Shown here: positions 11,708 to 18,317 of the stretch, one piece after another
Position numbering within the stretch: the stretch's first letter is position 1
Layout of the letters: each line of letters begins with the position of its first letter
NCBI GenBank assembly: GCA_002269645.1
Contig: NIVC01001361.1
Location: 62,001 to 126,000 of the forward strand
Length of the DNA: 64,000 nt
Reading direction: 5' to 3'
DNA from: Macrostomum lignano
Lineage: Eukaryota
Program-made: the position numbers and the translations under genes
Notes under the pieces: generated by a model
Database searches by the model: none
The model's input: the letters and a program-made list of their open reading frames with translations, nothing else
What the model was told of the DNA's origin: nothing

Positions 11708-12334
11708 CTATTTATAAAGAGTCACGTATTTTTTCTTTTTCTCGGGTGGTCTTAGTTGGTAATCGTGATATTTACCCACCCCGGTACCTCGATCGACAAG
11801 TTTGGGCATAGCATTTACACCTTTGTTGCGCGTGGTCGTTAAATCGCGGGTGTCTGTCGCAATTGTGTGCTCATATTCATCGCGGTAATCGTCGGTACCA
11901 ACCATATGGTCAACCTTCTTTTCCTCCACAGGGAGCTGTTTCCGACCGAGCATAGACATTGGTATACGGGCCTTGTCTAGCAGAGCCCAGAAAGCGGTTG
12001 AATATTTCGGGTGATTATTAGTGTTGGTGGTGACGGCTTGTAGAAGATCAAAAACGTTGCTGCCACCCCAAGTTTCACCATCAAAAACGACTTCCCACGA
12101 TTGGTTGTAATTTAGGCTGGGGTGCTTTTCTGTTAGTATATTCCATATACGTTGTTGCCTATCAGAAAATAGCTGCTTTGTCGTCTTTTGGGGTTTTACT
12201 TTAGCCAATTGGGTCTGTAGCTTTGCATTGTACTCTACAAGTTTTTCGTACTCCGATTTTGGGGCAATTTCTCGCGGAGTACCCTGTCTAAGCTGATTGA
12301 ATTCCTCCTCGGGGACCACAACGTACTTGTCCAT
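11708..12334 (-). CDS. Conserved Polinton-type hypothetical protein
   Basis: YNQSWEVVFDGETWGGSNVFDLL motif resembles the WN..GE.V..G..I.GSNI.DL ORF common in Polintons. Tightly packed in the gene string. Confidence 0.65.
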   Translation of the reverse strand: MDKYVVVPEEEFNQLRQGTPREIAPKSEYEKLVEYNAKLQTQLAKVKPQKTTKQLFSDRQQRIWNILTEKHPSLNYNQSWEVVFDGETWGGSNVFDLLQAVTTNTNNHPKYSTAFWALLDKARIPMSMLGRKQLPVEEKKVDHMVGTDDYRDEYEHTIATDTRDLTTTRNKGVNAMPKLVDRGTGVGKYHDYQLRPPEKKKKYVTLYK

Positions 12335-12336
12335 TT

Positions 12337-12726
12337 TCAACGTCGTTGTCCTAGCAGACCACCAAACAGTCCAGTGATTAACGGTGCAGCAATCTTGGCG
12401 AGAATTGGTAGGAATCCTCCAACTTGAGGGTCCGATAGTATCATATTCTTCTTCCTATTTATAGACAGTTTTTTGTCGGCCATGTCATGCAGGGCTTCTC
12501 TATAACGTTTCAACCTTGCAAACTGTCTAGGGGATAGATCGATATTGCCCTTGAGTACATTGTGGCTTAACTCGCACAGACACTGCATCAACTCATTATC
12601 GGCTCCCCTAATAATGGCCCTCCTTCGATGTGGTCGCGCGTCACCGAGCTCCTCTAGCTCGCGACGGCAAGAACAAAGACGAGAAATTCCGTTTGTCATT
12701 ATTAAGGTGGTAAGCATTGCGTGCAT
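12337..12726 (-). CDS. Adenovirus pX-like precursor with C-terminal amphipathic peptide
   Basis: ELMQCLCELSHNVLKGNIDLS..L.RYRE.L..MA..K and QVGG|FLPILAKIAAPLITGLFGGLLG, similar to the adenoviral pX GGILPLLIPLIAAAIG. Confidence 0.75.
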   Translation of the reverse strand: MHAMLTTLIMTNGISRLCSCRRELEELGDARPHRRRAIIRGADNELMQCLCELSHNVLKGNIDLSPRQFARLKRYREALHDMADKKLSINRKKNMILSDPQVGGFLPILAKIAAPLITGLFGGLLGQRR

Positions 12727-12764
12727 ACATGTGCATATTTTGTTTATTTATAAGCAAAGCATAA

Positions 12765-13283
12765 TTAGAGTTGCAGAATAGCAGTCACGTGGTCGTACAT
12801 TTTACACAGTTCGTCATAGTTTCGTATTCCTAGGAACACTAACCGACCATTCTTTCCGCACAGCAGGCACTTGGCCTTGCGGAATGGGGACTTTATTACA
12901 AGCCCATTGAATACCTCACTCTCCCACTCAACCCAGCGCGAGCTCGAGTTGGCAAGGCGGAAAAAGTTTGGCTTAACATTAACTTCTGCACGATAAGTAC
13001 CGGTAGTGATAACAACAGAGTTTGGTTTACATTGAGCAAAAAGACGCAGCACATCGTTGGTTGATTGGCAACCAAAAACAATGGCAGATAATGAACGTTT
13101 GAAAAAGTTTATTGTACACTTTCCGATCCTCAGGTTGTACAATGCCCGGGGTCTATGAAACGTTCTAGCGCGCGCCCAGTCCAAGTTCGGTAGGTGGTTC
13201 CACCTTGCGCAAAACACCCTGTTTACGCACACGACGTTCTGCAAGCGGTTTTTTCGGTTGCTTTTGTTTCCGCTCAGCTCCAC
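12765..13283 (-). CDS. TATA-binding-protein (TBP/TRF)-like protein
   Basis: Two TBP repeats: LQNVVCV...INFFKRSLSAIVFGCQSTND and WESEVFNGLVIK...LCGKNGRLVFLGIRNYDELCKMYDHVTAIL (cf. TBP [65 protein letters not shown]). No ATG; the start shown is GTG. Confidence 0.75.
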   Translation of the reverse strand: MELSGNKSNRKNRLQNVVCVNRVFCARWNHLPNLDWARARTFHRPRALYNLRIGKCTINFFKRSLSAIVFGCQSTNDVLRLFAQCKPNSVVITTGTYRAEVNVKPNFFRLANSSSRWVEWESEVFNGLVIKSPFRKAKCLLCGKNGRLVFLGIRNYDELCKMYDHVTAILQL

Positions 13284-13845
13284 CAGCTCCGCGCTTGCGT
13301 CCTACCTTGATTTTTAACGGTGGAATCCAGTAGCAGCGGTCAAACGCCTGCTTGGGAGCTTCTATGAATTGCAGTTGTTGAATTTTCGGCACCGCGGTTA
13401 GAACCGAGTCGTGAATCACCGCCGTGTCTAGGGCGAACAGTACTCTATAGTAGCCCGTCTTGTTCTTGTAGTCGGTGCACAACTTGCCGCTCTTGTCGTA
13501 CATTTTAAAGTCGTGAGCCAATCCGAATGCAGCGCTGTCGCAGCCAAAAGTGGGGTTGTACCCCAATAGCGCCATTCCTTGGATAGAGAGCTGGTGACAC
13601 ACGGAATTGAACGCTTCTGGTATGCAGCTCTCCAAGTGCTTTTGGGAAAGAATGATGAATTCGCGGCCTTCATTGTCGGTTCTCACACCCTTGACAATCA
13701 GTACGGGCGTCGCATTGGCAAGATAGAGAGGGCCCTGTTCGTCGTACTCAATGTCGTACGTCTCGGTTCCGTTGTAGCTTGGACCTCTCGACTTGAGAGA
13801 GAATAGGTCGATCCTAACACTATTGTAGTCTTGAACGGTATCCAT
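13165..13845 (-). CDS. Putative OB-fold ssDNA-binding protein (T7 gp2.5/NCLDV DUF2738-like) with basic tail
   Basis: IEY..PLYLANATPVLIVKGV..G.EF..LS and KMYDKSG..KTGYYRVLFALD..I..VLTAVPKIQQLQFIE resemble that family's pattern. ATG at 13845 lies 44 nt downstream of TATATAAG. Confidence 0.45.
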   Translation of the reverse strand: MDTVQDYNSVRIDLFSLKSRGPSYNGTETYDIEYDEQGPLYLANATPVLIVKGVRTDNEGREFIILSQKHLESCIPEAFNSVCHQLSIQGMALLGYNPTFGCDSAAFGLAHDFKMYDKSGKLCTDYKNKTGYYRVLFALDTAVIHDSVLTAVPKIQQLQFIEAPKQAFDRCYWIPPLKIKVGRKRGAGGAERKQKQPKKPLAERRVRKQGVLRKVEPPTELGLGAR

Positions 13846-13933
13846 GTTGCTGCTGCTGCTGAGAGTGGGTCTCGCTCCTGAGCGCCTCCTTATATACCCT
13901 TGGCGCGGAGGGTGGGGTGGCTGGGCGTTTTTG

Positions 13934-14449
13934 TTATAGTCCTTCTTTAACGACACTTTCCGGTGTTGGAAATCCGGAAAAAATAAACCTTTTGTTTCGA
14001 TCTTCTGGTCGAGGGGTTTGAGGCGTGTCGTGAATGCAGCTGCAGTGAGGGTTGATAGTCAACTTCGCTAGCACTGGTCTACTGTGTTTAGGTCGCCAAA
14101 TCCTTTGGTGTTCCGTCCACGAGGGAGCAATCGGCTGGTGATTCCGGTACCGTATTTTCTCACGATGATCCTCTTGTAATATTGGGGCAATTATCTGCTC
14201 CATTCTTTGAAGATTGGCTTTGAAATGCATCTTGTCTCTAAAGTAGTAGTCAATTCGGGCATCTGTATATTCTTGGGTGCTGTAAGGCCCTTGCCCAATT
14301 TCGTCTACCTCGACATTAAAGGTGACTAATCGTTCGGGAATTGGTTTGCCGTGACAAATGCATAACCAGTCTGTGGACTTTTTCAGGGTCTCGTACTCTG
14401 CCCTTTCTTTGCTCGATAAAAGCGGGTAGTCTCGAGAAATCCAGCTCAT
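13934..14449 (-). CDS. Hypothetical protein, 171 aa, with CxCH and HCxCxH motifs
   Basis: ATG overlaps the upstream stop (ATGA). Intact ORF within the packed gene string. Confidence 0.7.
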   Translation of the reverse strand: MSWISRDYPLLSSKERAEYETLKKSTDWLCICHGKPIPERLVTFNVEVDEIGQGPYSTQEYTDARIDYYFRDKMHFKANLQRMEQIIAPILQEDHREKIRYRNHQPIAPSWTEHQRIWRPKHSRPVLAKLTINPHCSCIHDTPQTPRPEDRNKRFIFSGFPTPESVVKEGL

Positions 14450-14799
14450 TCCTCTGACTCGTCAGATTCGTCGAGAAAGAAATAGTGGAAGAAATTGTCG
14501 ACTCTATTCTTTTCAACTGCACAAAGTATTTTGTCTGACAGGTGAAATTCGCAGTCTCCTTTTACGTACAGGCGCTTCCCGTCGATAACTTTGATAGATG
14601 CGCCGCCTCCGAGATCGTAATCTGTGCAGCTAGTGCCCAGAAATTTCATTCGATGCCATTGTGCTCGACTAAACACGGCTCCTGGACAGCTACAGTTTTG
14701 ACAGTGGATGCGGAAACGCGGCTTGTTTGGGTCCCAATATCCCACTTCCAGCACTGCGTTGTCAACGTGGGTGTACACTATTTCCGATTGCCAGTACAT
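14446..14799 (-). CDS. Hypothetical protein, ~117 aa, weak PC4-like signature, acidic tail
   Basis: ATG at 14799 lies 32 nt downstream of TATAAATA. GAVFSRAQWHRMK resembles PC4 GISLNPEQWSQLK. Ends DESDESEE. Confidence 0.6.
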   Translation of the reverse strand: MYWQSEIVYTHVDNAVLEVGYWDPNKPRFRIHCQNCSCPGAVFSRAQWHRMKFLGTSCTDYDLGGGASIKVIDGKRLYVKGDCEFHLSDKILCAVEKNRVDNFFHYFFLDESDESEE

Positions 14800-14833
14800 T
14801 TCGATATTGTTGAGAAATACCAATTTTATTTAT

Positions 14834-15613
14834 TTATAGGCTGCCGTCTGAACAGATTTCCAACCATTCCCTCCACTGTAGAACGGTTCTCTCAATTGAT
14901 AAAAGTAAATACGCCGCTAGGAGCCCCCGGTTGCTGCTGCGCGCTTCGTAAAGACAGTTGAGATATGTGTCTCTATTTGCATACGCAAATGATACGGGTT
15001 CTGGCAGAATCCGGTTGATCAACTTTGATAATAACAACCTAGCAGTTCTACCATTGCCGTCGCTAAAGGGGTGTATGGTGAGAAACTTTTCTAGGAAATA
15101 TGCTCCTGTCACTACTGCATCACGCAAGATTTGTGGCTCTTTTATGTCTCTAGTTAATTTTACCAGCTGCCGTTCAATATTTTCTGGGGCACTGTAATAC
15201 ATACTCGCGCCTGCTGGCTTGGCGTGCTTAATTCTATACGATCCTGCATTCGGGAGCAGTCCTCTACACACGCGTGTGTGAACTTGTCTAACAAACTCTG
15301 TGTCAATTAACCCCCTCGTGTCATTGAGGTGTTTTGCCGCACTCCATAGATTGGCTGTGACCATACAGGACCCGGTTTTTATCGCTTCTTCTGCTTCCTC
15401 CCAAGTCAACGCCACCTCTCTCTCCTCAATGTTTACTTCAGTTACGAATGCCAGCCGGGCTAGATACGTGAATTCTAAGCGCTCCTTTGCGGTCAATCCC
15501 TCGATTCTTTTCCTAGTGTCTGATAACAATCTTTCAATGAGGGGTAATCTGGCGCGCACGCTCTCGTTGCTGAAATAGGGGTTATCAGTTATACCCTCTT
15601 CCATGTTCTCCAT
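14834..15613 (-). CDS. Fic-domain protein (AMPylase-like), FICD-type architecture
   Basis: Canonical HPFSDGNGRTAR motif. Upstream VTEVNIEE..LTWEEAEEAIKTG aligns with the FICD inhibitory helix TVAIEGNTLTLSEI; VRQVHTRV..AGSYR is also present. Confidence 0.9.
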   Translation of the reverse strand: MENMEEGITDNPYFSNESVRARLPLIERLLSDTRKRIEGLTAKERLEFTYLARLAFVTEVNIEEREVALTWEEAEEAIKTGSCMVTANLWSAAKHLNDTRGLIDTEFVRQVHTRVCRGLLPNAGSYRIKHAKPAGASMYYSAPENIERQLVKLTRDIKEPQILRDAVVTGAYFLEKFLTIHPFSDGNGRTARLLLSKLINRILPEPVSFAYANRDTYLNCLYEARSSNRGLLAAYLLLSIERTVLQWREWLEICSDGSL

Positions 15614-15688
15614 ACAGAGGGTTTTGTACACTGCTTCTATTTATGGTTGCATTAACACGTTGCTCGCGGCCTGTCTGTCCCTCTGCAG

Positions 15689-16357
15689 CCTGGGGGGCTC
15701 TCTATCACTCACCGCCGGTCTGTCCCTCTACCACCCCGGCCTGGGGAAGCTCTCTGTCCCTCCGTGTGACTCACACTCCCTCTCTGTCCACGCCGCGTGC
15801 TGCGACATGCCGGGGCAGCGCAGGGTGCCTCCACGCACTCTCTGTCCCAGCACCCCGTGTCTCTTTGTACCCCACCTCATACTGCTACAGGGGTCGCCTG
15901 TTATCTGTCCCCTGCTACAGGGGGATGGCGGCTCTCCACGCACTACCCCTCCTGCTACAGGGGCTGCTCTCTGTCCCCAGCTACAGGGCTGCTCTCTGTC
16001 CCCCGCATGGGGGGCCGGTTGCTCAGTGTACAGGGCTGCGTCAGCATCGGGGGTTTCCTTCCTACACTAACCGCGTGCACACGACATTGGTGGGAGGGGC
16101 GGGAATCCCCCCGCCGGATGTACACCCCGAGGGAGGCCCATGCGCTGAAGGTACACTCGCTGGACGCCCAGCCGGCCGGATGTACACTCGCGGGAGGCCC
16201 ACCCCGCTGGAGGTACACTCGCTGGACACCCACCCCGCTGGAGGTACACCCCGGGGGAGGTGGTACACCCCGAGGGAGCACCTTGCCGCGGTGCTAGAGG
16301 CCGACATCAGCCCGACGGACCTTCGCAAAATCGAGCCATTCGGAATCCCTTAGTAGT
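15689..16357 (-). repeat. Right terminal inverted repeat
   Basis: Reverse complement of 5801-6466. Confidence 0.95.
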
Positions 16358-16998
16358 CAAGCACTCATTTTAGCGCCGCAGACACTCATTTTAGCGCCGC
16401 AGGCACTCATTTTAGCGCCGCAGGCACTCATTTTAGCGCCGCAGACACTCATTTTAGCGCCACAGGCACTCATTTTGGCGCCACAGGCACTCATTTTAGC
16501 GCCGCAGGCACTCATTTTAGAGTCGCAGGCACTCATTTTAGCGCCACAGGCACTCATTTTAGCGCCGCAGACACTCATTTTAGAGCCGCAGGCACTCATT
16601 TTAGAGCCGCAGGCACTCATTTAAGAGCCGCAGGCATTCATTTTACAGCCGCAGGCACTCGTTTTAGAGCCGCAGGCACTCATTTTAGAGCCGCAGGCAC
16701 TCATTTTAGCGCCGCAGACACTCATTTTAGCGCCACAGGCACTCATTTTGGCGCCACAGGCACTCATTTTAGCGCCGCAAGCACTCATTTTAGCGCCGCA
16801 AGCACTCATTTTAGCGCCGCAGGCACTTATTTTAGCGCCGCAGGCACTTATTTTAGCGCCGCAGGCACTTATTTTAGCGCCACAGGCACTCATTTTAGCG
16901 CCACAGGCACTCATTTTAGAGCCGCAGGCACTCATTTTAGCGCCACAGGCACTCATTTTAGAGCCGCAGGCACTCATTTTAGAGCCGCAGGCACTCAT
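16358..16998. repeat. 21-bp minisatellite, right part of the split array, same orientation as 4848-5800
   Basis: The repeat resumes in register after the TSD: CAAGCA|CTCATTTTAGCGCC. Confidence 0.97.
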
Positions 16999-18317
16999 CT
17001 TGGCGACTACATGTACAGGCAGAATTCACTTTGTTGCCGGAGGTGCTATATTTTGGCGCCCAGAAACAAAATTATTGATTTCCACAACTGGTTACAAGGT
17101 GGGGTGGGGCCGGACAAAGCATTGGCATGTCGAAAATTATTGCCCCAAATTATACATGTTAGGGTTACATTCTTTAATTTTAAATCTACTTAAATAACCT
17201 ACTGGTATGTCAACCGAGGTAAATGTACATTCACATGTACAGTTGCAAATGCTAAATAATCTATCGCAGATAAAGTAAATTTAGGCAACGTATTTAGTCA
17301 TACCGGTATTGTACCATATATAGTCTAGACGAAATTTATTTAAGCAATTTTTATTGAAAGTTACACCGCTCAATTAAATTTTTCTTAGCTCGATAGCATT
17401 TATAATCAATAAATTAGCAATTAGAATAGCAAAATAATGAAAGCAGGGGCAAAATCAAATTTGCTAGAATCAACACAAGAAAAAGAAATTTTACTGACAA
17501 TCCGAAAGCAACAAGTCAGTTTGCAATCCAATAGTCGATCTGTGTCTAATTAAAAATATGGTATTTGATAAATATTATTCCATTCCATGTAGTGATTTAC
17601 CAACTAGGATAACAAAGAATAAAAGTCGTACGGCCAGACTGCGATGGGATGTAAATTGTGGCCACAGAAAATCATTAAGACTAAAAGTACGAAGCACATT
17701 TTATGAAAGGTTTTTAACAAAGAACTGATCAATCACGGTCAGCAACCAGATCAGTCAGAATGAATAACATAATTTATACCACCTTAATTAAAACTATAAA
17801 GATGCCATGCGGAAAGTTTTATAGCAAACAAGAATGGCAGAACGTATCGCCTTAAAACTACGCGTATATTGTAACAAATGATATATGCTCGTATTATTGA
17901 TTGGCGAGAATGGCGCAAACTGCATTCTATATATATATTTATGTTTGCGCATTGGATGCATATTCAGGCCGTTTGAGCTCTCAAAACTGCCGTTAGCGCG
18001 CGTGTGACCAGACACTGGCCGACGGGCCAACTAACAAATCATTGATGGTCACAATAATAATAATAGTAATAAAGATAGAAATAATAAAGAAATAAGAAAA
18101 TAAAGATTGAACGCGCGATTACGGACCAATGGCCAGCCAAAATGAGCCAATGTCTAAGCTGTCCAGTGCTTGCAGGGCCGAGACTGAACAGCGCTGATCG
18201 GGTGGAATGGGCGATGCGAGAGCTGGGGCAAGCAAAAATAATTGTCATATCCTCAACTATCACAATGAAACTCGGGAAAGGGGGTCTGGACGGCGGGCGG
18301 AGGCGGTTCAGCGCTTA

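Larger units (their letters stand above)
7228..15645 (-). promoter_or_regulatory. Recurrent TATAAATA(AA) motif upstream of element genes
   Basis: Exact copies at 8986-93, 9351-58, 10520-27, 11709-16, 12456-63, 12745-52 and 14831-38. Variants: TACAAATA 7228-35, CATAAATA 15638-45, TATATAAG 13889-96. Confidence 0.7.
5801..16357 (-). mobile_element. Polinton/Maverick-type endogenous DNA virus, 10,557 bp, lacking pPolB
   Basis: Termini ACTACTAAGGGATTCCG / CGGAATCCCTTAGTAGT; 6-bp TSD CAAGCA at 5795-5800 and 16358-16363; ~593-bp TIRs. Encodes capsid, penton, protease, ATPase and integrase, all on the minus strand. Confidence 0.95.

Noticed and set aside
13845-13956. N-terminal extension of the SSB-like ORF from 13956
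   Set aside because: It overlaps the upstream ORF and contains the TATATAAG box; the ATG at 13845 fits the element's promoter spacing better.
4848-16998. CRISPR-like array flanking a gene cluster
   Set aside because: The repeats are contiguous with no unique spacers, there are no cas genes, and the context is eukaryotic.
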